Source of the DNA: a candidate division WOR-3 bacterium
GTDB lineage: Bacteria > Hydrothermota > Tepidihabitantia > Tepidihabitantales > Tepidihabitantaceae
Reading direction: 5' to 3'
Assembly: GCA_965649225.1 (NCBI GenBank)
Contig: CBFGJX010000001.1
Span: 1 to 64,000 of the forward strand
Length of the DNA: 64,000 nucleotides
Shown here: piece after piece, positions 40,201-50,118 of the stretch
How the letters are laid out: each line of letters starts with the position of its first letter
How positions within the stretch are numbered: position 1 is the stretch's first letter
Notes under the pieces: model-generated
What the model was told of the DNA's origin: nothing
What the model saw: only the letters and a program-made list of their open reading frames with translations
Databases searched by the model: none
Translations under genes and position numbers: made by a program

Positions 40201-40274
40201 TGCGGGGTGGAGCAGCCCGGAAGCTCGTGAGGCTCATAACCTCAAGGTCGCTGGTTCGAATCCAGCCCCCGCTA
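40201..40274 (+). tRNA. Initiator tRNA-fMet (CAT); CCA not encoded
   Basis: Cloverleaf, CAT anticodon, 1:72 mismatch, A11-U24 pair, TTCGAAT T-loop. Confidence 0.95.
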
Positions 40275-40358
40275 TTATCAGACAATCCGAAATTCCCCAA
40301 CTTGTCCATTGGGTAGGAAAAACCGGTGGCCTGCCCAAACCGGTGCAACAACAAGTAG

Positions 40359-40976
40359 TCAGTAACCCCACTCCTCACGCAGCACGGCCCGTCGTCGACA
40401 TGTCGGGCACAGTATTCGCATGCTGGAGGAACGATAAGGCATACCGGTACGCACCACCGGCAAGGGTGCCACAAGGCCAAGCTCCCGGTGTCGCGACAGG
40501 ATCAAGGTAGGATTAGCACTCATCAAGTCGCCGACACGACGAGCAATCCAATCCAGATGTGCCTTGGCTGCGAACGGCTCTCCACAGTCCTCGCAAACCG
40601 CCGCTTCCCGTTCGACCTGTGTTACCCACTCACCGGAACGCTCGGTGCGTGCAGCATCGAACTCAGTGGTGTGAACAATCGCATCGCCAACGGTACAATA
40701 CAAAACACATTGACCACAGTAGATGCACCGCTCGGCGTGATGGATGTTGCGCCAGACTTTCTTGTCTCGGTCAAACACAATTTCGCGCGCCCGTGCAGGA
40801 CACACACGGGTACAGGCGCCACAGCAAATGCACCTCTCGGCGTTGAATTTCAGTAGTCCCCGAAAATTGGGGTGGACTGAATCGACCGCTTTGGGAAAAC
40901 GCGTTGTGTATGGCCCGGCAACAACGGCCCGCACTGCCTCAGCCAGTTCACGAAGTTTCGGCAGTGGTATTCTCAT
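40359..40976 (-). CDS. NuoI/HycF/MbhN-like 2x[4Fe-4S] subunit
   Basis: GPYTTRFP, FRG, CICCGACTRVCP, CIYCGQCVLYC, extra CEDC and CPTC. Confidence 0.9.
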   Translation of the reverse strand: MRIPLPKLRELAEAVRAVVAGPYTTRFPKAVDSVHPNFRGLLKFNAERCICCGACTRVCPARAREIVFDRDKKVWRNIHHAERCIYCGQCVLYCTVGDAIVHTTEFDAARTERSGEWVTQVEREAAVCEDCGEPFAAKAHLDWIARRVGDLMSANPTLILSRHRELGLVAPLPVVRTGMPYRSSSMRILCPTCRRRAVLREEWGY

Positions 40977-41326
40977 CACTCTGTCCCAATCAAAGACTCA
41001 CCACCATGGTCCTCGGAGAACTGGTCCCGCACAGTCCCTTTCCAGAGCTTGACACCGTAGAACAATGCCCCGCGGGCGAGAGCGTGTGCCGCTACCGGTA
41101 CCGTAAAAAGCACAAACAGCGCACACACCAGTGCCTTCACGCCCATCATCGTGAAACCGGTCTTCAGAAACACTCCCAGCATGATACCACATGTACCCAG
41201 TGTGACGCACTTGGTGGCAGCCTGCATCCGGTTGTACAAGTCAGGGAAGCGAACAAGCCCAAGACAACCCAATACCGTGAAACCCACTCCTCCCGCGATA
41301 AAAATCCACCCAAGAACGTCAGTCAT
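40976..41326 (-). CDS. mnhG: Mrp/Mnh antiporter subunit G
   Basis: GLVRFPDLYNRMQAATK, PVAAH. Confidence 0.93.
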   Translation of the reverse strand: MTDVLGWIFIAGGVGFTVLGCLGLVRFPDLYNRMQAATKCVTLGTCGIMLGVFLKTGFTMMGVKALVCALFVLFTVPVAAHALARGALFYGVKLWKGTVRDQFSEDHGGESLIGTE

Positions 41327-41573
41327 CAAGGCTTCTCCCTTCAAGATACTTGGCAAGTGCCAAGGTTCCGACAAAGGAAACTACCGCCAGGGCGATTGAA
41401 AGATCAATCAGATAAGCAAGCCGGTATCGCAATGCCAGCAGTGCCGTGATGCTGGTAAACAGAACTGCCATGATATCTACCGCAATGGCCCGGTCGGGTA
41501 TGCTCGGTCCTTTCAATGCCCGGTACAGACAGAAGAATGCACCGAAAGTCAGGACCACAATGAACACGCTCAT
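41319..41573 (-). CDS. mnhF: Mrp/Mnh antiporter subunit F
   Basis: RALKGPSIPDRAIAVD, SFVGT. Confidence 0.93.
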   Translation of the reverse strand: MSVFIVVLTFGAFFCLYRALKGPSIPDRAIAVDIMAVLFTSITALLALRYRLAYLIDLSIALAVVSFVGTLALAKYLEGRSLDD

Positions 41574-41585
41574 ACTCCTGCCTCG

Positions 41586-42080
41586 TCAGTCAAAAATCCG
41601 CGCCAGAAAAAACTCAAACGGCCCAACGATTGCCCGAGCCGCTTCTCTGGGATCTTCGGCAGCAACGCTGATCCAGTGTATGTAAAGAGTATCACCGACT
41701 ATGTCCACAGCCATTGTACCGGGCGTCAGGGTTATCGAGTTGGCAAGAAATACCCGAGCGACATCGGACTTCAGAATGGTTCGAATCTTGACTATTCCGG
41801 GCCTGAGCTGAAGCCCGGGGCTGAGCACACGCAACGCGACATCGATGTTGGATTTCAAACACTGATAGGCAAAAACCGGGACGTACACAATCAACCAGAA
41901 CCATCGTCTCGGATCCAGTAACCTCGTTGGGGTCAAGGGCAGCTGACCACCAAAAAGCAGGGCAGTCAACGAGGCAGCAACCCCGCCCACGATGAGCTCC
42001 TGGTAATGAAAGGTCCACACGAGGACCAGCCAGAGTATCATGGCTGCCACCCAGTAGACCAGACGTTGTCCCAGCTTCAT
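41586..42080 (-). CDS. mnhE: Mrp/Mnh antiporter subunit E
   Basis: SNIDVA, PGIV, LANSITLTPGT, LYIHW. Confidence 0.94.
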   Translation of the reverse strand: MKLGQRLVYWVAAMILWLVLVWTFHYQELIVGGVAASLTALLFGGQLPLTPTRLLDPRRWFWLIVYVPVFAYQCLKSNIDVALRVLSPGLQLRPGIVKIRTILKSDVARVFLANSITLTPGTMAVDIVGDTLYIHWISVAAEDPREAARAIVGPFEFFLARIFD

Positions 42081-42081
42081 C

Positions 42082-43590
42082 CTAACCTCCAAGCACGCGA
42101 CTGGCATAACCGATCCCGTCGAGTAAGGACCGGGTAGCCGGGCCGACCAACCAGTCGATAACTGGCCTCACCCCAAACCCGAAAGCTACACTCAACAGGA
42201 CCAGGACGACCATCGCCGCTGCCATTGTTGCCGGTGATTCTCTGGCCAGTGTCGCATCGACTCCACCGCGCAGCAGAAATGATTTTGTTGCTACCCGTCC
42301 GAGGTAGGCCAGTGTCAAAACCGACAGCACCGCTATCAACAAAGCCAAGGGATACATCCGAACCTGAACTGCACCCAGCAGAATCAGCAGTTTCGAAAAA
42401 AAGCCAATAAACGGCGGCAACCCCACGAGCGACAATGCACTAAGAATATATGACCACGTTGTCACTGGCATGGAACGTTCCAAACCCCTGACCACATCAA
42501 TGTCACGACTGCCGGCCTGTAGTTCCACTGAACCCGAGGTCAAAAAGAGCGTGCCCTTGCTAAGGGCGTGGGCAACGATATGCAGCAATGCACCCGCAAC
42601 GCCCCAAAAACTGCCGATACCCAAGCCAACCAGGATGTAGCCGACTTGGCTGACACTTGAGTAAGCCAACATACGCTTCAAATCAGTCTGGACGAGAGCC
42701 AGCAGTCCGCCGACAACTATCGACAACAATCCAAGTCCCAGCAACACGTCAAAAAAGACCGGGGCAGCGGCACGGGAAAGCCCGAAAACATTGAACATAA
42801 CTCTGACCATCGCATAAATGCCTAGAACCTTGATGAACACTCCCGAGAGCAAAGCCGACACTGGTGCTGGTGCAGATGGATGTGCATCAGGCAACCAGGC
42901 ATGGAATGGCACTACCGCCATTTTCACCGCGAAGCCAGTCAAGAAGGTCGCAACCAGAAACCAGTAGAACGGTGTCTTGCCCGCCGCTGCCAAAACCAAG
43001 GATGCATCGGCCATATTCAGAGTGCCGGTCCGGGCATAGAGCAATGCAATGGCGAGAAGTATCGTCAAACCGCCAATCTCGCCGATGACCATATACTTGA
43101 AACCAGCCTCAAGCTCATCGAAGTCAGTCCCGAATGCAACCAGAGCATACGAAGCGACTGCTGCAATCTCGATGAAAACGAACAGATTGAAAATATCGCC
43201 GGATACCACAGCCCCGTTCAAACCAACCAGCACCAGCAAAAAGAGAACATAAAACTTCCAGCGTGCCGTATAGTGATCGAGGTAGCGTATCGAAAAAAGC
43301 AAAGCAGCAGAAGCGACGACGTTGAGAGCCAACAGCATCAACCCGGTCAGTCCGTCGAAGACAAGAACAATGCCCAGCGGTGGTGGCCACCCACCCATTC
43401 GGTAGACCAGCGTCGGGGAACCGCAGGCCACAAGCGCTACGCCATAGCCAGCCATGCCAAGCAGGACACTGCTGGCGAGGTTGGCGAGGATGTCACCGAA
43501 ACCGCGCCACAGGCGACTGAACAGAGGGACGGCAAATGCTGCTGCCAGCGGTACAGCAACAAAGAGCGGCAGAAAACTTGAATCCGTCAT
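42082..43590 (-). CDS. mnhD: MrpD/MbhH-like proton-conducting antiporter subunit
   Basis: GGWPPPLGI, DIFNLFVFIE, PFHAWLPDAH, KRMLAYSS. Confidence 0.93.
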   Translation of the reverse strand: MTDSSFLPLFVAVPLAAAFAVPLFSRLWRGFGDILANLASSVLLGMAGYGVALVACGSPTLVYRMGGWPPPLGIVLVFDGLTGLMLLALNVVASAALLFSIRYLDHYTARWKFYVLFLLVLVGLNGAVVSGDIFNLFVFIEIAAVASYALVAFGTDFDELEAGFKYMVIGEIGGLTILLAIALLYARTGTLNMADASLVLAAAGKTPFYWFLVATFLTGFAVKMAVVPFHAWLPDAHPSAPAPVSALLSGVFIKVLGIYAMVRVMFNVFGLSRAAAPVFFDVLLGLGLLSIVVGGLLALVQTDLKRMLAYSSVSQVGYILVGLGIGSFWGVAGALLHIVAHALSKGTLFLTSGSVELQAGSRDIDVVRGLERSMPVTTWSYILSALSLVGLPPFIGFFSKLLILLGAVQVRMYPLALLIAVLSVLTLAYLGRVATKSFLLRGGVDATLARESPATMAAAMVVLVLLSVAFGFGVRPVIDWLVGPATRSLLDGIGYASRVLGG

Positions 43591-43596
43591 AGCCGG

Positions 43597-43935
43597 CTAT
43601 CCTCTGAGCCTCCTTATTTCAGCGATATCGAAGGTCTTGTAGCGCTCATAAATCCTCATGGCGAGTGCCAGCATCAGTGCGGTAGTGGCAAGACCGATGA
43701 CAATTGACGTCAACACCAGAGCCTGTGGCAGTGGATCGACAAACTTGGTTGCAGTACCAGCCTCGGTAATAATCGGCGGTAGCGCTCCGCGACGATAGCC
43801 GATCACCGCAAAGAGGACATTGATTGCGTACTCCATCAGCGTGAAGCCAATCACAATCCGAATCAGGTTGCCTTTCGCCACTACGGCATAGAGGCCAACA
43901 ACAAAAAGCAGAATGCAAGCCAGGATCGGTACCAC
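43597..43935 (-). CDS. mnhC: Mrp/Mnh subunit C (NuoK-like)
   Basis: DPLPQALVLTSIVIG. Confidence 0.94.
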   Translation of the reverse strand: MVPILACILLFVVGLYAVVAKGNLIRIVIGFTLMEYAINVLFAVIGYRRGALPPIITEAGTATKFVDPLPQALVLTSIVIGLATTALMLALAMRIYERYKTFDIAEIRRLRG

Positions 43936-43937
43936 GG

Positions 43938-44378
43938 CTACTCCTTCATCGCAAACCTTGAAGCACCAAGCGCCAGAAAAACCGCCAGCAGTCCCGCGCC
44001 GACCTTGATGCCGATGGCGATATTTGCCGGCATTATCAGTCCGCCGCTAAAGAGATGCAACGGCCGCCCGATGCCGAAGATCGGACCGTTCAAAAAGAAG
44101 TATCGCCCCCCAACATAACCAGCGAGAGCGAGCGCGAGAAAACCGATCCCCCCGAGACTTTCAAATACCGAGGAAAAAGCGTAGGAGCTGCGCTCGGCGC
44201 TCTCTACGGAGCCAAAAGCAAGTGAAAACAGGATGAACGATGCTGCCACCAGGACACCGCCGGCAAATCCCCCTCCCGGGCTGAGGTGCCCATGGACAAT
44301 TATGTAGCAGCCATAAAGGAAAAGCATCCCCCCAAGCAGTCGAGCAATCGTTTGAACAATGAGTGACATGCCACGCAT
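43938..44378 (-). CDS. mnhB: MnhB-domain subunit (MbhF-like)
   Basis: HGHLSPGGGFAGG. Confidence 0.92.
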   Translation of the reverse strand: MRGMSLIVQTIARLLGGMLFLYGCYIIVHGHLSPGGGFAGGVLVAASFILFSLAFGSVESAERSSYAFSSVFESLGGIGFLALALAGYVGGRYFFLNGPIFGIGRPLHLFSGGLIMPANIAIGIKVGAGLLAVFLALGASRFAMKE

Positions 44379-44379
44379 A

Positions 44380-44940
44380 CTATCCCTCCGAACCTGAATG
44401 GCCCGTCGTCCGGCGACCGACACGGCGCACAATAACGAGCACGCCGATCACCGCCGCAAACAGAACCGTGGCTTCGCCCAAAGTATCGTAGCCGCGAAAA
44501 TCAAGGATTATCGCCGCCACGAGGTTTGCCGCACCGGTTCGCTGCAAACCAGTGCGGACATATTCATCAGCGACACGCATTACCGGATTGCCCCAAAAAA
44601 CAGCTATCTCCGGCAATGCCCGAAGAGCCACGCCAAGGAGCAGAATGCTGAAAACGGCAAAAGCCGTCAGAGGCAGGACCGGTATCGAAGCTGGCCCGCG
44701 CGCGACAGTGCTGTCCGTGCTGGTCGTCCGCAAAACCACCGCTGCAAAAAAGACTACCGTGAGCACTTCAACAACTATTTGAACGATCGCCAAATCTGGA
44801 GCCTGCAAAAGCAGGAATACAATAGCAACGCTGAAGCCGACTATCCCCAGCGCCACCGCCGCTGCCAGCAAATCCTTAACATGAATCGCAACCAGTGCCG
44901 CCCCAAGCATCACTGCCAGCAATATGTAAAGCTCTATCAT
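44380..44940 (-). CDS. MbhD/MbhE-like subunit (DUF4040 plus MrpA C-terminal region, fused)
   Basis: APDLAIVQ and NLVAAIILDFRGYDTLGE in one ORF. Confidence 0.88.
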   Translation of the reverse strand: MIELYILLAVMLGAALVAIHVKDLLAAAVALGIVGFSVAIVFLLLQAPDLAIVQIVVEVLTVVFFAAVVLRTTSTDSTVARGPASIPVLPLTAFAVFSILLLGVALRALPEIAVFWGNPVMRVADEYVRTGLQRTGAANLVAAIILDFRGYDTLGEATVLFAAVIGVLVIVRRVGRRTTGHSGSEG

Positions 44941-46853
44941 CACCGTACCAGGATCAACATTACATAGAAAACGACCGCCCCTAGGAATACCCAAGCGACG
45001 TACAGCGGCAGGTAACCGGTCTGCACTCTGGACAACAGCTTGCCGCACAGCTGTGCCAATCTGCCAAGAAATGCAAAGATGCTCTCGAGAATCTGACGAC
45101 TAAACTCGCGAGCCAGACTGCCAGCTGATCTCAAGGCAGCATCCAGCCAGTTGTAGAGATCAAAGGCCCCGATTCCGCCGAAATAAATCAACTCGCCCAG
45201 CAAGGGCAGGGTCTTAACCGGACCGTAGAAGGCAGTACCCGGTACCCGGCTCTCGTCCAGCTCGGCAATGCTCTCGCCGCCCACGTAAGCTTTACCGGCA
45301 ACCGGTGCAGCGGCAGTGCCCGAAATGTACACCACGATTCCGATACCCAGGGAGAGCAACAACAGTAATGTCGCCGGAAGCGGCTGCCAGATCCCTATCG
45401 GTTCAAAGTGACCTGACGCCGGAAGCGAGCGCTGAAGCAATGTCTCGAGCCCGAGCTGCTTCTGAAACACTCCAAAGGCAATGCAGGCCAGAGCAAGAAT
45501 GCCGGATGGAAGCCACATCGAAAAACCGGTCTCGCGCACGCCCTCCAGTCGTGACGGTCTCTGCCCCAAAAATACCGCATGGAGCAGCTTGACGAACGAA
45601 GCAAGGGTCAGCACGCTCCCGACCATTGCCGCTACCAGAAAAACCGGAAACAATCTCTGGCCTTCTCCACCTGAAATCACTATACCTTGATAAACCATCC
45701 ACTTGGACAAAAAGCCGTTCAATGGCGGTAGTCCAGCGATGGCCAGCGCTGCAACCAGAAACGAAACAAATGTGGCCGGCATCTGCCCCGCCAGACCTCC
45801 CAGCTCATCGACACGATCCGTCCCCGTTCGCTCCTGAACTGAACCGGCCGCAAGGAACAACCCGGTCTTGTAAAGCGTGTTGTTCAGCATGTGGAGCAGG
45901 CCACCGGCAAGCCCGACCGGGACGCCGCTGCCGATGCCAATAATCATGTACCCAACCTGGGAGACGGCATGAAACGCCAGCAACCGCATCACCCGCTTCT
46001 GGACCAGTGCCATAATCACGGCGGCCAGAACTGTCAGCGAACCAAGAGCCATCAGACCAGTGCGAACGGCCATGTTCGACGCAATATCAAAAACGTAGAC
46101 CGAAAGCCGAAAGAGCAGGTATATGCCGAGCAGTTTGTCCAACGTCGCCGGAATGAGTGCCATCACAGGAGCCGGAGAATTCTCTGAGGCTGCCGGAATC
46201 CACGAATGGAAGGGCATTGCGCCGGCCTTGGCCAGCGCCCCAACTGCCACAAGAACGAATGCCACCACCATAACCGGCTCAGCAAGTCGCATAGCAACCG
46301 GAGGGGCAATTTCAAGCCAGCCACCGCTCACTGCCAGCAGCACAATCCCCAGCAGCATCGCGAAATCAGAAAGACCAACCAGGACCAGCATTTTCGTTGC
46401 CGCGACATGGCGGTCTCCCCGCCCGACCAGCAACAACCCGTAAGACAGAGCGAGAAGACAGCCCCAGAAGAAAAGCAGTACCAGCAGGTTGGCCGCAAGC
46501 AGAACACCAAATGAACATGCAAGCGCCAGAAGAGCATACAGGTAGAATCCGCGTTCCCCCGGCGTACTGCGCACGGCGCGAACTGAGTAGAGAATTATCA
46601 GAGCGCCCAGCCCAGCCGCAAAAAGCAAAAGCAAACCCGAGAGAGCATCAAGCCGGAATGCAACCTCGATGCCAGCCCGTTGCAAAACACTGAACACTAT
46701 AACATCACGACGAGACTGAACGAATAGACAAATGACATAGTAGAGCGGAACGACACTGCCGATGAAACTGAGTTCAGCCCGCAACTTGCCGATGATGTAG
46801 GCAAGCAATGCCGATACCACGGGAATCAACATGATCAGCAGAAACGGGTGCAT
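44940..46853 (-). CDS. NuoL/MrpA-like proton-conducting antiporter subunit with long C-terminal region
   Basis: FRLDALS, KAGAMPFHSWIP, AGLPPLNGFLSK; 637 aa. Confidence 0.9.
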   Translation of the reverse strand: MHPFLLIMLIPVVSALLAYIIGKLRAELSFIGSVVPLYYVICLFVQSRRDVIVFSVLQRAGIEVAFRLDALSGLLLLFAAGLGALIILYSVRAVRSTPGERGFYLYALLALACSFGVLLAANLLVLLFFWGCLLALSYGLLLVGRGDRHVAATKMLVLVGLSDFAMLLGIVLLAVSGGWLEIAPPVAMRLAEPVMVVAFVLVAVGALAKAGAMPFHSWIPAASENSPAPVMALIPATLDKLLGIYLLFRLSVYVFDIASNMAVRTGLMALGSLTVLAAVIMALVQKRVMRLLAFHAVSQVGYMIIGIGSGVPVGLAGGLLHMLNNTLYKTGLFLAAGSVQERTGTDRVDELGGLAGQMPATFVSFLVAALAIAGLPPLNGFLSKWMVYQGIVISGGEGQRLFPVFLVAAMVGSVLTLASFVKLLHAVFLGQRPSRLEGVRETGFSMWLPSGILALACIAFGVFQKQLGLETLLQRSLPASGHFEPIGIWQPLPATLLLLLSLGIGIVVYISGTAAAPVAGKAYVGGESIAELDESRVPGTAFYGPVKTLPLLGELIYFGGIGAFDLYNWLDAALRSAGSLAREFSRQILESIFAFLGRLAQLCGKLLSRVQTGYLPLYVAWVFLGAVVFYVMLILVR

Positions 46854-48088
46854 CAGTGCCCCCCCACACCGAGCCCGACTTCCAGCCAGTTGACTGGCAC
46901 CCCATACAGAAATCCCCCGGCGAAAACGATCAACGCGATAACCGCGATCGCGATTATCGGCATGATCGGCGGGGATTGCCACTCAAAATCAGTCGGACCG
47001 CCACCGAGAAAAACGGCAGTAAAGAGCCGGGTCATATAGACAAGGGTCAACAGCGCGGCAACAATTGCGCCAACGCCGAACACCAGACCACGGTCGACGG
47101 CACCAATCAAAATCCCGACCTTGCCAAAGAAACCGAAAGAAGGAGGAATTCCAACCACCGTAAGAGTCAACAGGGCCGTCATCACCGCTAGAACGGGTGA
47201 ATGCTGCGCCACGCGCCCCAGTTTGCTTATCTCATTCCTACCAGTGGCCTCCTCAACTAGACCAAATGCGTAAAACAATCCAGATTTTGCCAAAGCATGA
47301 GTTGCCAGGTAAAGAAGTGCTCCGATCACGCCGTAGTACGAAACAGTCGCTAGTCCTAAAATCACCAGCCCCATTTGCCCCATCGTTGAGTACGCAAGCG
47401 TAGTCCGGATACTCCGAGAAGCCAGTGCCGCACCACCAGCGATAAGACTCGAAATCACCGCCAAAGCGGCAACAAAAGGCAAAAACCCGTCCGCTGCGCG
47501 CATCCCGGTGACGAAAAACTTGAAAAACATCACACCCCCGACGCTTTCGGCAACACCGGAAAGCAAAGCACAGATTGGTGCCGGTGCTGCACGATAGGCC
47601 CGAGGTAGCCAGACGTACAAAGGCAACACGGCCGACTTTGCAATTATCCCCGTAAGCAACAGAACCGCAGGCAACAACTCGATAGTTCGGCCGGCAAGAC
47701 CCGCAAAGCTCAGTGTCCGGTGCTGCTCGAAAACCAAAGCCAACCCAACCAGCATCACTGCCGAGGCGGCAAAATTCATGTACCAGGTCCAGGCCGCAGC
47801 ATCGGCACTATCGTCCTGGCGATAAAACAACACCAAACGCCAGATAGCAAAACCGGACAGTTCCCAAAGGACGAAACCAACCAGGAGATTGCCGGCATAA
47901 GCAATCCCGATGCCGCATGCTGTCAGGAGGACAACGAAAGCATAATATTCAGCAAGCTGACCCGCCGCAGCACGCACTCGGTAGATCGAATAGAGCAGCA
48001 CCGTCAGCCCGACTACGCCAAATACAGTTCCCAAAAAGAACTCGACGGCACCGCCGCCAAAGTCAAACCAGTTGACGGGCAAAGTCAT
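46853..48088 (-). CDS. Short NuoM/N/MrpD-like antiporter subunit
   Basis: FVLWEL, KSAVLPLYVWLPRAY, LAYST, GIPPSFGFFGK; 411 aa. Confidence 0.88.
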   Translation of the reverse strand: MTLPVNWFDFGGGAVEFFLGTVFGVVGLTVLLYSIYRVRAAAGQLAEYYAFVVLLTACGIGIAYAGNLLVGFVLWELSGFAIWRLVLFYRQDDSADAAAWTWYMNFAASAVMLVGLALVFEQHRTLSFAGLAGRTIELLPAVLLLTGIIAKSAVLPLYVWLPRAYRAAPAPICALLSGVAESVGGVMFFKFFVTGMRAADGFLPFVAALAVISSLIAGGAALASRSIRTTLAYSTMGQMGLVILGLATVSYYGVIGALLYLATHALAKSGLFYAFGLVEEATGRNEISKLGRVAQHSPVLAVMTALLTLTVVGIPPSFGFFGKVGILIGAVDRGLVFGVGAIVAALLTLVYMTRLFTAVFLGGGPTDFEWQSPPIMPIIAIAVIALIVFAGGFLYGVPVNWLEVGLGVGGH

Positions 48089-49284
48089 CCCAGCCGCTCC
48101 CGGATCCGCTCGGTCTTCTGCCACGAAAGCCTGAGCAATTCCTGCCAACCGTATTTCAATTTGCCATCTTCGAATGCCGCCATCCGTTCAGTACAGCAAT
48201 AACAGGGGTCAACCGCCGCCAGCGTCAGTGCCGCGTCGGCAATACTGCCCCCCCGCACCGCAACTATGTTGGAAGCAATATTCATGTAGCTGGGTGCCCT
48301 GACCTTGTGCCGCAAAGGCCGGTTGGTGCCGTCGGAACGAATGTAGTGAAAGACCTCGCCCCGCGGTGCCTCCTGGCGTCCGATGCCTTCGCCTGCCGGT
48401 ATCTCGTCGATTCGGGTCTCGATCGGTCCGTCGGGCAGATGTTCAAGAGCGTACCGAACGATTTTGACCGACTCGATGGTCTCCAACAGACGGACCTTCG
48501 CCTTGGCAAAAACATCTCCTTCAGCACAGCACACGACATTAAAAGGCATCTCGGCATAAGCGGCACAAGGTTCGTCTCGACGGAGGTCGATGTCGTAGCC
48601 GGAAGCACGGGCAGTGGGGCCGACAACCGAATAGGCCACTGCCTGCTCGCGTGTCAAAACGCCAACTCCCTCCAGCCGGGCCCGCAGGACCGGGTCATCG
48701 AGGACAGCCTTTGTCAGCATAACCGTCTTCTTCTCCACCAGGTCCAACGCCTTCAGAATATCCGGTATGTACTCCGGTTTGATGTCGCGTCGGACTCCAC
48801 CCGGCTTGTTAGCCGCGTAGTGATTCCGGTTGCCGGTGATCATCTCGAAAATCTGCAACACCGGTTCGCGATACCGCCACGCCCACATCCAGACCGTATT
48901 GTAGCCGATGAAATGCCCAGCCAGACCTACCCACAACAAATGCGAGTGTATTCGCTCCAATTCCTGAATGATGACCCGGATATACTGTGCGCGCGGCGGC
49001 GGTGTGATACCGGCGCAGTCTTCCACCGCCAGGACACAGGCGAATGGATGGGAATTAGAACAGATGCCACAAATCCTCTCAACGAGGAAAGGGATCTGGT
49101 CATAAGTCAACTCTGGCGAAATGAACTCGTGACCGCGATGGTTGTAGCCGAGATTGATTTCCATATCAACCACGGTCTCACCCTCGACAATCAGCTTGAA
49201 GAATTCCGGCTCTTCCTGCAGCGGATGATACGGGCCGATCGGAACTATCCGTCTATTCTTCGTGCTGCCTAGCTCTGTGCTCAT
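48085..49284 (-). CDS. Group 4 [NiFe]-hydrogenase large subunit
   Basis: GPYHP, HRG, L1 motif ERICGIC, EAPRGE, L2 motif DPCYCCTER; SD GGAG. Confidence 0.93.
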   Translation of the reverse strand: MSTELGSTKNRRIVPIGPYHPLQEEPEFFKLIVEGETVVDMEINLGYNHRGHEFISPELTYDQIPFLVERICGICSNSHPFACVLAVEDCAGITPPPRAQYIRVIIQELERIHSHLLWVGLAGHFIGYNTVWMWAWRYREPVLQIFEMITGNRNHYAANKPGGVRRDIKPEYIPDILKALDLVEKKTVMLTKAVLDDPVLRARLEGVGVLTREQAVAYSVVGPTARASGYDIDLRRDEPCAAYAEMPFNVVCCAEGDVFAKAKVRLLETIESVKIVRYALEHLPDGPIETRIDEIPAGEGIGRQEAPRGEVFHYIRSDGTNRPLRHKVRAPSYMNIASNIVAVRGGSIADAALTLAAVDPCYCCTERMAAFEDGKLKYGWQELLRLSWQKTERIRERLG

Positions 49285-49705
49285 AGTCTCTCCGCAGGGG
49301 CAGCCGGGAGGAATCCCAGTCGGTGTCCGAAGTGAGCAACGGCACCGGATTGGGATGACCGGCAAACTGGACGCCAAACATCTCGGCAATCTCGCGTTCA
49401 ATCCATTCTGCAGCCGGAAACCAGACCGCCTGAGACTCCAAGACGGGATCGTCTTTCGGAACCATGACTTTCAGGGTATACATTACGCCTTGACTGTCGT
49501 CGGAAAAGTGGTACAGCACCTCATAGCCTTCGCGAGTGTCGATTCCCGTACAAATCGACAGCCGACAACCCAGCTCAAGATGCAACAGCCGACAGGCAGC
49601 AGTAAGGCTCTCGCGCCCGATACGAAGATAGTATCGCCGCGGGTTGTAGACCTGAACTTCAGCGTCGGGGAAACGCTCCCGGAAAGCCTGTTCGATTGCT
49701 GTCAT
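49253..49705 (-). CDS. NuoC/MbhK-like subunit
   Basis: YHFS, WIEREIAEMFGV.F.GHP, PLRRD. Confidence 0.92.
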   Translation of the reverse strand: MTAIEQAFRERFPDAEVQVYNPRRYYLRIGRESLTAACRLLHLELGCRLSICTGIDTREGYEVLYHFSDDSQGVMYTLKVMVPKDDPVLESQAVWFPAAEWIEREIAEMFGVQFAGHPNPVPLLTSDTDWDSSRLPLRRDYEHRARQHEE

Positions 49706-50118
49706 AGTCTTGCCAGCGCCCGGACAACGCCGAGTATCATTGCTTCGGGTTTTGGCGGGCAACCCGGCACATAAGCGTGCATCGGCAGATGGCGGTCATA
49801 GGGCCCAACGGCGTTGTAGGAATTGCGAAACAACTGTTTGCCACAGGCGCACGTGCCAATCCCGATAACCAGACAGGGCTTAGCAGTCTGCCGGTAAGTC
49901 TCGAGTACACGCGGCAACGATTTGCGGTTAATGACGCCGGTCACCAGCAACGCATCGGCGTGACGCGGCGAGCCGACCAGAACAACTCCAAACCTTTCAA
50001 CATCGTACCGGGGAGTGAGCAACTCCAGTATCTCGATGTCACAGTTGTTGCATGACGCCGCCGCCAAGTGATACACCCACGGAGCGCGTTTCAGCCCCCA
50101 GAGTCCAACTCTATTCAT
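49702..50118 (-). CDS. Group 4 hydrogenase small subunit (NuoB/MbhJ-like)
   Basis: SCNNCDIE, RYDVERFG, SPRHAD, GTCA, PGCPP. Confidence 0.94.
   Translation of the reverse strand: MNRVGLWGLKRAPWVYHLAAASCNNCDIEILELLTPRYDVERFGVVLVGSPRHADALLVTGVINRKSLPRVLETYRQTAKPCLVIGIGTCACGKQLFRNSYNAVGPYDRHLPMHAYVPGCPPKPEAMILGVVRALARL

Noticed and set aside
40201..40359. tRNA-Met as the integration site of an island carrying the hydrogenase operon
   Set aside because: No integrase, no duplicated tRNA 3' end seen, and the operon promoter has the same style as core genes.
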